From Spirulina sp. (GTDB lineage: Bacteria > Cyanobacteriota > Cyanobacteriia > Phormidesmidales > Phormidesmidaceae), in assembly GCA_044070495.1 (NCBI GenBank), contig JBIPSI010000021.1:26833-90832 (forward strand): a stretch of 64,000 nt of DNA, given 5' to 3'. A program made the position numbers and the translations under genes. The notes under the pieces were generated by a model. The model had not been told where the DNA came from, searched no databases, and worked only from the letters and a program-made list of their open reading frames with translations. Of the stretch, positions 1 through 9,610 are shown in pieces. How positions within the stretch are numbered: the first letter of the stretch is position 1; each line of letters begins with the position of its first letter.

Positions 1-102
1 AGCCTGAAATACAGCATTTCTGGCCAATCTCAACTGTATTTGTTCACCATCATGGCCGGGGTGGGCCTGATTGGCGTTTTCATGACCTGGAGCCTGTGGT
101 AG
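1..102 (+). CDS. ndhF4: 3' end of NDH-1 subunit NdhF4 (partial)
   Basis: Frame 1 reads SLKYSISGQSQLYLFTIMAGVGLIGVFMTWSLW*, a typical NdhF3/F4 C-terminus; lies directly upstream of ndhD-cupB. Confidence 0.8.
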   Translation, partial: SLKYSISGQSQLYLFTIMAGVGLIGVFMTWSLW

Positions 103-104
103 CT

Positions 105-1733
105 ATGCTAAGCGCACTGATTCTGATTCCATTATTGGGGGCCTTAGCGGTTATCCTTTGGCCTGGGAAAATTACGGCCTTTATCGCCAAACTGGTCAGC
201 GGCCTAACGATTGGGTTGACCCTAGTGGGGGTTGTGTTTTTGGCGACCCAGTTTGAAATCACCACACCGGGCTTTCAGTTTGAAGAACTGCTGCCCTGGG
301 TGGAACCGCTGGGGCTGAGCTATCGCCTGGGGCTGGATGGCCTCTCCCTCCCTTTGCTGGCGGTGAATAGCCTGCTGGGAATTGTCGCCATCTACATCAG
401 TGACCCCCACCTGCACCGACCTCGGCTGTACTATGCGCTGATCTTGGTGATCAACAGTGCGGTGGCGGGGGCCTTCCTCTCGGCCAACCTGCTGCTGTTC
501 TTTATCTTTTATGAATTAGAACTCATCCCCCTGTATCTGCTGATCGCCATCTGGGGCGGGGCACGGCGGGGCTATGCGGCAACGAAGTTCTTGATCTATA
601 CGGCCCTATCGGGGATTTTGATCCTGGGCGCTTTCCTGGGCCTAGTGTGGCTATCGGGCAACACCAGCTTCGACTACGACAGCGGTTTGGCGACTGCGTT
701 ACCCTTGGCCCAGCAAATCACCCTACTGGTGGCGCTGCTGATTGGCTTTGGCATCAAAGTCCCCCTCTTTCCCTTTCATACTTGGTTGCCCGATGCCCAC
801 GTGGAGGCTTCGACCCCGGTTTCGGTGCTGCTGGCGGGGGTGCTGCTGAAGTTGGGCACCTACGGCCTAGTGCGGTTTGGTCTGGGCCTCTTCCCCGATG
901 CCTGGATGGCCCTGGCTCCGGTGATGGCCACCTGGGCGGTAATCAGCGTCCTCTACGGTTCCCTGGCGGCCATTGCCCAGACGGACATGAAGAAAATGGT
1001 GGCCTACAGTTCCATTGGTCACATGGGCTATGTGCTACTGGCGGCGGCGGCTTCCACGCCCCTCAGCATTGTGGGCACGGTGTTCCAAATGGTGAGCCAC
1101 GGGCTGATTTCGGGGCTGCTGTTTTTGCTGGTGGGGGTGGTCTACCACACCACGGGCACCCGCGATCTCACCGTGCTGCGGGGGCTGCTGAACCCCGAAC
1201 GGGGCTTGCCCTTCGTCGGTTCCCTGATGATTTTGGGGGTGATGGCCAGCGCAGGGATTCCCGGCATGGTGGGCTTTATCTCGGAATTTCTTGTATTTCG
1301 GGGCAGTTTCCTGATTTTCCCGGTACAAACCTTGCTCTGCATGGTGGGATCGGGCCTTACAGCGGTTTACTTTCTGCTGCTGGTGAATCGCGCCTTCTTT
1401 GGACGGCTGGCGGTGGCTCTCCCCAGCACGTCGCCCCAGTTGGATGTTGACCTACCTAGCGTCACCTGGCGCGACCGCCTCCCCGCCCTCGCCCTGGCCA
1501 GCCTGATCATCGCCTTTGGCCTGCAACCCAACTGGATGGCCCGCTGGAGCGAACACACCACCCTGGCTCTGCACGAACCCTACCAAGGCTTTGTTCAGGT
1601 CAGCACCCTACGGCGGACTCCCCTGAATGAATCCCTGGTGGCCGATACCCTAATGGCTGATATCCCAGGGGTGGATGCCCCGGTCAATACCCTAGGGATG
1701 GATGTTCCGGTGATTGTCCCGGTGCTTCCCTGA
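105..1733 (+). CDS. ndhD4: NDH-1 subunit 4 (NdhD4), CO2 uptake
   Basis: NuoM-type motifs (FYELELIPLYLLI, KVPLFPFHTWLPDAHVEA, NPERGLP); ATG at 105; followed by cupB. Confidence 0.88.
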   Translation: MLSALILIPLLGALAVILWPGKITAFIAKLVSGLTIGLTLVGVVFLATQFEITTPGFQFEELLPWVEPLGLSYRLGLDGLSLPLLAVNSLLGIVAIYISDPHLHRPRLYYALILVINSAVAGAFLSANLLLFFIFYELELIPLYLLIAIWGGARRGYAATKFLIYTALSGILILGAFLGLVWLSGNTSFDYDSGLATALPLAQQITLLVALLIGFGIKVPLFPFHTWLPDAHVEASTPVSVLLAGVLLKLGTYGLVRFGLGLFPDAWMALAPVMATWAVISVLYGSLAAIAQTDMKKMVAYSSIGHMGYVLLAAAASTPLSIVGTVFQMVSHGLISGLLFLLVGVVYHTTGTRDLTVLRGLLNPERGLPFVGSLMILGVMASAGIPGMVGFISEFLVFRGSFLIFPVQTLLCMVGSGLTAVYFLLLVNRAFFGRLAVALPSTSPQLDVDLPSVTWRDRLPALALASLIIAFGLQPNWMARWSEHTTLALHEPYQGFVQVSTLRRTPLNESLVADTLMADIPGVDAPVNTLGMDVPVIVPVLP

Positions 1734-1789
1734 TCGTCAATCCCCCCCATCGCCACCCTTGCCGATAGCCCTGTCAAGACCTTGCCGCC

Positions 1790-2923
1790 ATGACCAACAC
1801 TCTCCCTAAACCCGCGTCGGTTCATCCCCTAGAGCCGTTTATCGACCGTCTGCTGTCGGCGGATGCCCTGCTGCCCGACTCGGATACCAACGTGCTGGAG
1901 GTGGTGGGCATTCTGAAAAGCTATGGGGTGGTGCTGGATGCCTACTCGGACAACCTGATCTACATTGCCGACCACCAGTTCTTGGTGCTGTTTCCCTTCT
2001 TCAAATACTTCAATGGCGAGGTGTCCGTTGGCAAACTGCTCAAGCACTGGTGGCACGACCGCATCAACTTTGAGTACGCCGAATACTGCATGAAGGCCAT
2101 GCTTTGGCACGGTGGCGGCAAAATGGACGAGTATCTGGATTCTGAAGAATTCCTAGCCCTCTGCCGCAGGGCTACCACCGCCAAAACCAAGGCCAATCCC
2201 CTCGTTCGCAGCATCAACGCCGTATTTCCAGACTTCCTCCCTGAGCAGGTGCGCCAACTCGCCTACTACAGCGCCCTCGGCCAATTCTGGCGGGTGATGA
2301 GCGATCTCTTCATCGACCTATCCGACGCCTACGATGCCGGAACGGTGAAAACTATCCCCGAAGTGGTCGCCTTCATTAAAGCGGGTCTGGTTGCCGCCGC
2401 CAGCAACCCCATCACCTACAGCGTTGACATCAACGGCCAAACCTACGACCTCATGCCCAAATCCGCTGGGCTAACCTTTTTGATGGATGTGGCGGTGCCC
2501 TACGTGGAGGCCGTCTTTTTTCGGGGTGCGCCCTTCTTGGGGACGGTGTCCTACAATGCCCAGGCCAACCAAATCCCCGCCGAGCAGAGCCGATTTCAGT
2601 ACGGTGCCCTCTACGCCGACCCCATCCCCGTGGGCGGTGCCGGGATTCCCCCCACCCTGCTCATGCAGGACATGCGCCACTTCCTGCCGGATTATCTGAC
2701 TGAGTTCTACCTGTCCAGCGGTCGCGGTCTGGACGATGTGCGGGTGAAGATTTGCCAGAGCTTCCAAAAATCGATGTTCTGCGTTACCAGCGCCTCGTTA
2801 CAAGGGCTACTGCCCCATGCCGCAGACACCACCAACCCCCAAGAACAAGCCGCCAACCGCACCTTCCTAGCCGCCTGGATGGATCGTCTCATAACTTCCC
2901 GGTTGGATATTGTGCAACTTTAA
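1790..2923 (+). CDS. cupB: CO2 hydration protein CupB (ChpX)
   Basis: HWWHDRINFEYAEYCM and GIPPTLLMQDM motifs; 377 aa fits CupB rather than the longer CupA. Confidence 0.88.
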   Translation: MTNTLPKPASVHPLEPFIDRLLSADALLPDSDTNVLEVVGILKSYGVVLDAYSDNLIYIADHQFLVLFPFFKYFNGEVSVGKLLKHWWHDRINFEYAEYCMKAMLWHGGGKMDEYLDSEEFLALCRRATTAKTKANPLVRSINAVFPDFLPEQVRQLAYYSALGQFWRVMSDLFIDLSDAYDAGTVKTIPEVVAFIKAGLVAAASNPITYSVDINGQTYDLMPKSAGLTFLMDVAVPYVEAVFFRGAPFLGTVSYNAQANQIPAEQSRFQYGALYADPIPVGGAGIPPTLLMQDMRHFLPDYLTEFYLSSGRGLDDVRVKICQSFQKSMFCVTSASLQGLLPHAADTTNPQEQAANRTFLAAWMDRLITSRLDIVQL

Positions 2924-3029
2924 GCCCGTTGATAAAGTCCCCATGGAGAAGGCTAGGTTACGAAAGCCTGCTCGGCTACCTCCGATTCCCCGCTGGTGCA
3001 TGGTGGCTCATCAAAGCGTGCAGATGAGT

Positions 3030-3881
3030 CTACTCGCCTCCTAGGTTTGGTTCACTTTTCAGTGGCAGCACCCCGCCACCCCGCTGGCAAGGCTGCTGAA
3101 AGGCGTAGATATCCTCCAGCACCTTGACCCAGCCCTGGACAAGGGAGGCCAGAATTTGGGCTCCTTTGTCGGTGGTGGCCACGGTGGGATCGCCGAGGAC
3201 ACCGCTCTGGCTCAAATCCTGCGTGACCCAGGCGAAGGGGAGTGCCCCTTCCATGGTGAGCCAGGTATGGGTGGGCAAATGCCGGGGAAATTCGGCCTGG
3301 GCCTTTTCCATCCGCACCTGATCAGGCAAAATCGACAGCATTAGGCTAGTTTCGGCATCTCCAGCGTGAATGCCTAGCTCTAGCTCCTTGGGAGTGAGCA
3401 GATCCCCTGCGGCGTTGGGCACTGCCCAGACAAACAGCGGAAACACCATCAGATCCGGGTGGGCCAGGTGCAGATCACGGGCGGCAATCTCCAGCACTTG
3501 GGGCTGACCACCGTGGGCATTGATCAGCACAAACTTGCGAAATCCCGCCCGATAGACGCTTTCGGCCACTTCGGTAATTACCCGCAGCAGGGTTTCCGCC
3601 GAAAGGGTGATGGTGCCCGGAAAATGCCAATGTTCATTGGATTTGCCGTAGCACAGAGGAGGCAAAGCGTAGGCTGGAATGGCCGGGTCTAGCTGCCCTA
3701 GGGCACCACCGAGGACGGTGGTGGCAATGGCGCTATCCACCACCAGGGGCAGGTGGGGGCCATGCTGTTCAATGGCTCCAATGGGCTGCACGATGACCAC
3801 CTGATCGCGCTGGGGCATAGTTTCGATCTCCGTCCAGGTGAGATAAGGGAAAAACCGATGGGGGGGAATGGGGCCGTGCAT
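3030..3881 (-). CDS. Creatininase/creatinine amidohydrolase family protein
   Basis: GAIEQHGPHLPL, NAHGGQ and HAGDAETS motifs. Confidence 0.9.
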   Translation of the reverse strand: MHGPIPPHRFFPYLTWTEIETMPQRDQVVIVQPIGAIEQHGPHLPLVVDSAIATTVLGGALGQLDPAIPAYALPPLCYGKSNEHWHFPGTITLSAETLLRVITEVAESVYRAGFRKFVLINAHGGQPQVLEIAARDLHLAHPDLMVFPLFVWAVPNAAGDLLTPKELELGIHAGDAETSLMLSILPDQVRMEKAQAEFPRHLPTHTWLTMEGALPFAWVTQDLSQSGVLGDPTVATTDKGAQILASLVQGWVKVLEDIYAFQQPCQRGGGVLPLKSEPNLGGE

Positions 3882-3979
3882 CGCTCAACCTAGCGCTAGG
3901 GAGTGGTCATCCGTGGGCAACCCATCGGCAGGGAAGGGCCTGCGCCAGCGGGATTCTTCTTGTTTCCTGACATTAAGCC

Positions 3980-4014
3980 TTGACAGGCTCCAGGAAAACG
4001 GTAACAATAAATAC
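3980..4014 (+). promoter_or_regulatory. Sigma70-type promoter with an overlapping NtcA box
   Basis: TTGACA at 3980-3985, 17 bp spacer, AACAAT at 4003-4008; GTA-N8-TAC (GTAACAATAAATAC) at 4001-4014 overlaps the -10. Confidence 0.65.
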
Positions 4015-4021
4015 AGAAACT

Positions 4022-4076
4022 ATCGTTCATCTCTAGCTTTAGAGACGGAAGTAGAGCTTAGCTCGAAGGAACGCGC
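4022..4076 (+). ncRNA. Glutamine riboswitch (glnA RNA motif)
   Basis: ATCGTTCA-[stem]-GACGGAAGTA-[GAGC/GCTC stem]-GAAGGAACGCGC matches the glnA motif; upstream of a DUF4278 gene. Confidence 0.9.
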
Positions 4077-4117
4077 CTCTGTTTATCCCCTTCAATTCAT
4101 TTAAGGAGAGGCGAATT

Positions 4118-4288
4118 ATGTCCCTAATGTATCGCGGTGTTGCCTACAATCCAGTTCAATCAGCGGTTACCGTGTCCGATGAAGTGATCGGTCGTTATCG
4201 TGGTGCCGTGGCCACTCGCCACCTGGCCAAAGGGGTCAAGGTTGACCACGCCCAAGGTCTCAAGTATCGCGGGGCGGTGGTTAGGTAG
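4118..4288 (+). CDS. DUF4278 small protein (56 aa; not in the ORF track)
   Basis: AAGGAG RBS, then MSLMYRGVAY...GRYRGA...LKYRGAVVR*, with the triple YRG motif of DUF4278. Confidence 0.88.
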   Translation: MSLMYRGVAYNPVQSAVTVSDEVIGRYRGAVATRHLAKGVKVDHAQGLKYRGAVVR

Positions 4289-4357
4289 GCTTTTGTCCGG
4301 CCATTTCCCTTGGCCTCCTAGATTGAAAATCTTGAGGTCGCTCGCAGTATCTCGTTC

Positions 4358-4384
4358 AAGCACTCCCCAGGGGGTGCTTTTTTT
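4358..4384 (+). terminator. Intrinsic terminator
   Basis: AAGCACTCC/GGGGTGCTT hairpin followed by a T-tract. Confidence 0.75.
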
Positions 4385-4421
4385 GCGATAGGCTTGAAGG
4401 CATCCTCCTTGGCGGTATGAC

Positions 4422-5816
4422 TTGGCGGTACAACTCCAAGGGTCTCCACTGCGGGGGCTGCTTTGGGATGGCTTGGCCCTTATTCACCCTTTGGCTGTGG
4501 CGGTTCTTTGGTATTTTCTGGGCCTGTTAACGGGCGTTCTACTGCTGGGATGGCCATGGCTCCGGCAGCGGGACCGGCAACGGCGTATTTTAGCCCTGCT
4601 CCGCACGTCATCCTGGCCGGTGGCTCTGGGGCGCATTGAGCAACTGGTAGCAGCCCACCCTGAACAACAGGAAAAAATTGATCTGCTGGGCACCAGTCGC
4701 GACACCCTGGAGAGCGTTCTGCGCGTTGCCCCCGTGGGCTATTTGCAGGTGGATGAAGAAAATCAGTTGATTTGGTGCAATGAAGAAGCCATGCGACTGT
4801 TGCACATCAGTCAACCCCTGGCGGGGCCACTGCGGCAGCGACGGTTGTTGCTAGAGGTAGCCCGTTCCTACGAGCTAGACGCCCTGATTGATGAGGCGCG
4901 GGATCGGCAACAGCCCTGCCAGCGAGAATGGATGCTCTACCAAATTTCCCCCGACCCCCTGCATCCCAAGGAAAAACCCACCTATCCCCTGCGCGGCTAT
5001 GCCCTGCCCCTCAGCGGTCGAGAGGTGGGTGTTTTTTTAGAGAATCGGCAGGAGGCGGCCCTGTTGGTGCAGCAGCGGGATCGCTGGACCTCCGATGTGG
5101 CCCACGAGCTTAAAACGCCCCTCACCTCCATTCGCCTTGTGGCTGAAACCCTCCAGCCCAGGGTTGATCCGGCCCTAAAGGTTTGGCTGGATCGGCTGAT
5201 TAACGAAACGATTCGCCTCAGCAACTTGGTGGAAGATCTGCTCAACCTCAGCCGTTTGCAGGGAGGTCAGTTCCAGGGCTTAACCCTCAAATCGGTGGAT
5301 CTACCTTCCCTGATTCAGTCGGCTTGGCACAGCCTAGAACCCCTGGCCCAGGTAAAGCACCTCACCCTCGACTACCAGGGGCCTCGCGAATATCGGGTGC
5401 CCCTCGATGAAACCCTGTTCCATCGGGTCTTGCTGAACCTGATGGACAACGCGATTAAACACAGCCCCAACGGCGCGGCCATCTACCTCTGCCTAGTTCC
5501 TGGTTCCCCCAACGCATCGGCCGGGGAAGCCGCCTTTTCCCTGGATGTCATTGACGGCGGTACGGGCTTTAGCCCTAAGGATCTGCCCCACATTTTTGAT
5601 CGATTCTACCGAGCCGATCCCTCCCGTAGCCGCAACGCCCTGGCGTCCTCCTCCGAGGTCACCCCCACGGAGATGGGACAGGGCACAGGGCTAGGGCTCG
5701 CCATCGTGCACCAAATTTTGGAGGCCCACGGCGGCACCATCACCGCTGCCAACCATCCCGATTTAGGGGGAGCCTGGCTTCGTATCACCCTGCCCCAGGG
5801 CGAGGATGACCGCTAA
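4422..5816 (+). CDS. Sensor histidine kinase, PhoR/SphS-like (PAS-HisKA-HATPase); start uncertain
   Basis: DVAHELKTPLTSI H-box; NLMDNAIKH, DRFYRAD and GTGLGLAIV; N-terminal TM segment. Confidence 0.85.
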   Translation: MAVQLQGSPLRGLLWDGLALIHPLAVAVLWYFLGLLTGVLLLGWPWLRQRDRQRRILALLRTSSWPVALGRIEQLVAAHPEQQEKIDLLGTSRDTLESVLRVAPVGYLQVDEENQLIWCNEEAMRLLHISQPLAGPLRQRRLLLEVARSYELDALIDEARDRQQPCQREWMLYQISPDPLHPKEKPTYPLRGYALPLSGREVGVFLENRQEAALLVQQRDRWTSDVAHELKTPLTSIRLVAETLQPRVDPALKVWLDRLINETIRLSNLVEDLLNLSRLQGGQFQGLTLKSVDLPSLIQSAWHSLEPLAQVKHLTLDYQGPREYRVPLDETLFHRVLLNLMDNAIKHSPNGAAIYLCLVPGSPNASAGEAAFSLDVIDGGTGFSPKDLPHIFDRFYRADPSRSRNALASSSEVTPTEMGQGTGLGLAIVHQILEAHGGTITAANHPDLGGAWLRITLPQGEDDR

Positions 5817-5893
5817 GAACTTATACCTAGGGAACAATTGCTATAATCGTATACTGATCCACTTTTAATTCATTTTTTTAGGGGTTCCCCTCC

Positions 5894-6682
5894 ATGGCAG
5901 AGCGCCTCCAAAAGCTGCTGTCCCAGCATGGTCTGGCCTCTCGACGCAAGGCCGAAGAGTGGATTGTGGCTGGGCGGGTCACCGTGAATGGTGTTCCGGC
6001 CCACCTCGGTCAAAAGGTCGATCTCGCCCACGACCAAGTCTGCGTTGACCAGCGACCCCTAGTGCCTCAGCAGCGTCCCCAGTCCCATTATTTCTTGCTG
6101 AACAAGCCCCTAGGGGTAGTCTCCACCTGTGCCGATCCAGAGGGTCGTCCCACTGTCATCACTATCCTGCCATCCTCCCTACACACCCTGGGGCTGCATC
6201 CCGTGGGGCGGCTGGATACTTACTCCACCGGGGCCTTAATTCTGACTAACGACGGCGACTTTACCTATCGCCTCACCCACCCCAAGCATGACGTTGCCAA
6301 GCGCTACCAGGTGCGGGTGGCGGGAAAGGTCTCCCCAGAAACCCTAGCCACCTGGCGACGAGGAATTCCCCTTGATGGTCGCCCGACCCGCTCTGCGGAG
6401 GTAGACATCCTAGGCACCCCCACCCCCCATCACACCGATCTGGCGATTACCCTGTGGGAGGGACGCAATCGCCAAATTCGCCGTGTGGCCGAGGCCCTGG
6501 GGCATCGCGTATTGCGCCTTCATCGCCTATCGGTGGGGCCAGTCCACCTAGACAAGCTAAAAGGGGGGGCTTACCGATCTTTATCCGCAGCCGAAATTAG
6601 GGCATTATTAGCTGAGTCAGAGGTTCAACCGACAAGCCCACAGTTACCCTCACAGGTTCTCGTTGGTACGTCGCCGTTTTAG
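5894..6682 (+). CDS. rRNA pseudouridine synthase (RsuA/RluB family)
   Basis: S4 domain ERLQKLL..SRRKAEE; VGRLD catalytic motif; EGRNRQIRR. Confidence 0.92.
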   Translation: MAERLQKLLSQHGLASRRKAEEWIVAGRVTVNGVPAHLGQKVDLAHDQVCVDQRPLVPQQRPQSHYFLLNKPLGVVSTCADPEGRPTVITILPSSLHTLGLHPVGRLDTYSTGALILTNDGDFTYRLTHPKHDVAKRYQVRVAGKVSPETLATWRRGIPLDGRPTRSAEVDILGTPTPHHTDLAITLWEGRNRQIRRVAEALGHRVLRLHRLSVGPVHLDKLKGGAYRSLSAAEIRALLAESEVQPTSPQLPSQVLVGTSPF

Positions 6683-7473
6683 TGAATGCTCCCTGTATGA
6701 AGACAAAACAGTTGGTTGATTCTAACCGCTTGTACCAAACCCAGCTCATTGAACTGGGCAAATTGTTACAGGCCGCTCGGCAAGACCAAGGCTACTCCTT
6801 GGAATCCATGGCGAGCAAAACCCTGATTCGGGCCAGCTTGCTGACGGCTATCGAACAGGGCAACCTCGATGGTTTGCCAGAACCGGTTTACATCCGGGGA
6901 CTGCTGCGTCGCTACGGCGATGCCCTCAACCTGGATGGCGACACCCTGTCTAGCCAGTTCTTCGCGCCAGCGCAGCCTCAGGTTCGATCCTGGAAGGACT
7001 CCCCGGCGGCTCAATTACGTCCCCTCCACCTCTATGCGGCCTACTTTGTGGTGCTCATGGCGGCGGTCAGCGGGCTATCCTATCTGCTGAAGCAGACCGC
7101 CCCAGAAACCACGATGCTGCCGCCCCTAGATCCCCTGAACTCGGTGGAAACGCCTGCCACCCCCACCGCTCCAGCTATCCCTGAGGCACCCCCGGAGGTG
7201 GCGGCATCGAATGCTCCCATTGCCGTCAAAACCACCCTGACGGCCCAATCTTGGATGCGCGTCACCACCGACGGCAGCACTACCTTTGAAGGAATTTTGC
7301 AGCCGGGGGACAGTCGCCTGTGGACGGCGGATCAAGCCCTTACCATTCGGGCAGGCAATGCGGGGGCGGTGGTGATTAGCTACAACAATCGGCAGGCCGA
7401 GCCCCTGGGCCAGCCTGGCATGGTGAAGGAAGTGACCTACTCCTCCGACAACATGGTCAGTCTCATCCCCTAG
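6682..7473 (+). CDS. RodZ-like HTH/TM/DUF4115 protein
   Basis: LPEPVYIRGLLRRYGDAL HTH; TM segment; SWMRVTTDG...RAGNAGAV. Confidence 0.85.
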   Translation: MNAPCMKTKQLVDSNRLYQTQLIELGKLLQAARQDQGYSLESMASKTLIRASLLTAIEQGNLDGLPEPVYIRGLLRRYGDALNLDGDTLSSQFFAPAQPQVRSWKDSPAAQLRPLHLYAAYFVVLMAAVSGLSYLLKQTAPETTMLPPLDPLNSVETPATPTAPAIPEAPPEVAASNAPIAVKTTLTAQSWMRVTTDGSTTFEGILQPGDSRLWTADQALTIRAGNAGAVVISYNNRQAEPLGQPGMVKEVTYSSDNMVSLIP

Positions 7474-7608
7474 GTTCCGTCTTGCCTGAGGCGATGAGGG
7501 CGAAGCTTGGAGGTGAAGGCTGTATGGGTTGGGTTACTTACGCTCAGTCCCTGGCCCAAAGGGGAGAGAGGTAGAACCGTTTGGGGCTTCCTTCTCCCTC
7601 CCCAGGGG

Positions 7609-8463
7609 CTAGCTAGGGTTGGGTTGAACCGCCTCACCACTGAGGTTGTAGATGAAAGGAACGTTGCTTCCTTGCCCATCGCCAATCACCAGCACCTGCG
7701 GCACCAAAGCTCCACCAGACTTCCAGGCTTCAATGGCCTCCTTTTGCAGCACTAGCTGACCACCTTGGGCTTTCAGGGTTTCGGCAATCAGGCGCTGGGC
7801 TTCGGCGCGGCCCTTGGCTCGGTTAACTTCCGCCTGGGCTTCCTGTTCGGCTTCCTGGGCGATGTAGACCGCTCGGCGGGCGCGCTGTTCGGCAATTTGT
7901 TTGTCTTCTACGGCCTTGGCAAACTCCGTTGAGAAGGTCAGGTCTACTACGCTCGTATCCAGCACCAGGATGCCGTACTTGGCAAGCCGGGAGGTGAGGG
8001 CGTCGTCAAAATCTTGCTTGAGTTCTGCCCGCTGGGTGATGGCTTCCTCAACGGTGCGGCGGGCAGCGGCAATTTTGAAGGACTCCTGGGTTTGGGGAGC
8101 CACAATTTTAGACACCAGGTTTTCTAGGGTGCCCTGGGTGCGGCGAATGTTGACCACCTCGGTAGGGTCTAGGCGAAAGTTAATGGCAAACCGCCCTGAC
8201 AGATCCTGCAAGTCCTTGGTGGAGCTTTGGGCTGGAACCTCAAATTTTTGCACCGTCACATCGTAGACATCCACCGTGGACACCAGGGGCGGTTTCAGAT
8301 GCAAGCCCTCCAGCAGGGCACCGTCCTGGGCCTTACCTAGGATGCTCAACACCCCCGCCTGACCGGGGTTAATAATCACAAAGCTACTGGTAAGCAGCGC
8401 CAATCCCACAATGGCCAACACACTCAGGATGACAGGCTGCCAGTTTGCCGAAGTTGATTTCAA
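7609..8463 (-). CDS. Prohibitin/SPFH domain protein
   Basis: EGLHLKPP, STKDLQ, FAKAVEDKQIAEQ. Confidence 0.9.
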   Translation of the reverse strand: MKSTSANWQPVILSVLAIVGLALLTSSFVIINPGQAGVLSILGKAQDGALLEGLHLKPPLVSTVDVYDVTVQKFEVPAQSSTKDLQDLSGRFAINFRLDPTEVVNIRRTQGTLENLVSKIVAPQTQESFKIAAARRTVEEAITQRAELKQDFDDALTSRLAKYGILVLDTSVVDLTFSTEFAKAVEDKQIAEQRARRAVYIAQEAEQEAQAEVNRAKGRAEAQRLIAETLKAQGGQLVLQKEAIEAWKSGGALVPQVLVIGDGQGSNVPFIYNLSGEAVQPNPS

Positions 8464-8840
8464 GGGATCCTCTCCACACCACGTTGCCCTTCTACCGTAC
8501 CGAGGATTGCCCTAAATCGCCGGGATTCTTTAGGAATACTCACGATTGACCGTAGACACGGGTGAGCTACCCCCGCGATTTGCCTTAGCAGGTAGGGGAC
8601 AGGATTGGCTGTCAGACCTTAGGCTGTGGGACGGAAGGCGAGCCTAGGATCGGTTGGCTAGGTTCCTGTAAAACGTATGGCAGACTGCCAAAGTCATCCA
8701 TCTTGGTATGCCAGCCTACAAAAGCTTAAGGGATTATTGGTCGGAGCTTAACCTAGCTAAGGGAGTCCCTTAACGTTGGGTGCTGAAGATAGAGACGGGC
8801 AGCCATTGTGCTGGGCATCGTCTAGGCCAAAGTCTCGGCC

Positions 8841-9572
8841 ATGCCTAACCCTAGGCCGCATCGGCTGATCCTTCGGCGCATTCTGGGTATTTCTGTGTCT
8901 ATTGCCCCGGCTATTTCCTACGCAGCCACCCTTGGAGAGCAGTCCCAGCGAAGTTTTATTGATTTGCTGGAGCAGCTTTATCGAGAGCGATCCCTGATGG
9001 CTTACCCCGCAGGGCAGGCGATTCCGTTAAAGCCAGAGGAGGTTTTGGTGGTGTGCCGGGGGGTGGTTCAACTGTTCACCATCCAGCCAGAGGGCAGCGA
9101 AACCCTGCTGGGACTGGCGGGGCCATCCATGCCCATGGGCCTTCCCCTCACCCTGGTGGATCCCTACTGGGCGACGGCCCTCACCGATGTTGATGTGCTG
9201 GTGTTGCCCTTCGGCGAAATTGAGGCTTCCCCGGTGTTGATGACGGGGGTATTTCGGAATCTTACCCTGCGTCTTCAGCAAACCGAAGCCTGGTTGGCAC
9301 TATCGGGCAAGCGTTTGGTGGCGGATCGGCTGCGGCACTTTTTGGTACTCCTCGCCAAGGACTTTGGCCAGGTAGAACCCCAGGGCATTCGGATTCCCCT
9401 GAAACTTACCCATCACCAACTGGCCACCGCCATTGGCACCACCCGCGTCACCGTCACCCGCCTGCTGAAAGAGTTTAAGACAGAGGGCTGGCTGACCCTA
9501 GACCAGCGCCACATCATTCTCAATACTGGAAACCAGTCTTTGGCAACCCAATTGCTCGACCCCCGGTTTTAG
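8841..9572 (+). CDS. Crp/Fnr family transcriptional regulator (CysR-like); start uncertain
   Basis: LTHHQLATAIGTTRVTVTRLL HTH; cNMP-like N-terminal domain. Confidence 0.88.
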   Translation: MPNPRPHRLILRRILGISVSIAPAISYAATLGEQSQRSFIDLLEQLYRERSLMAYPAGQAIPLKPEEVLVVCRGVVQLFTIQPEGSETLLGLAGPSMPMGLPLTLVDPYWATALTDVDVLVLPFGEIEASPVLMTGVFRNLTLRLQQTEAWLALSGKRLVADRLRHFLVLLAKDFGQVEPQGIRIPLKLTHHQLATAIGTTRVTVTRLLKEFKTEGWLTLDQRHIILNTGNQSLATQLLDPRF

Positions 9573-9610
9573 GCAGGATCTAAACCAAGTCCAGGTTTCA
9601 ATGACGGGCA

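Noticed and set aside
4160..4391. Track ORFs 4160..4363(-) and 4200..4391(+)
   Set aside because: They overlap the better supported DUF4278 gene and its terminator
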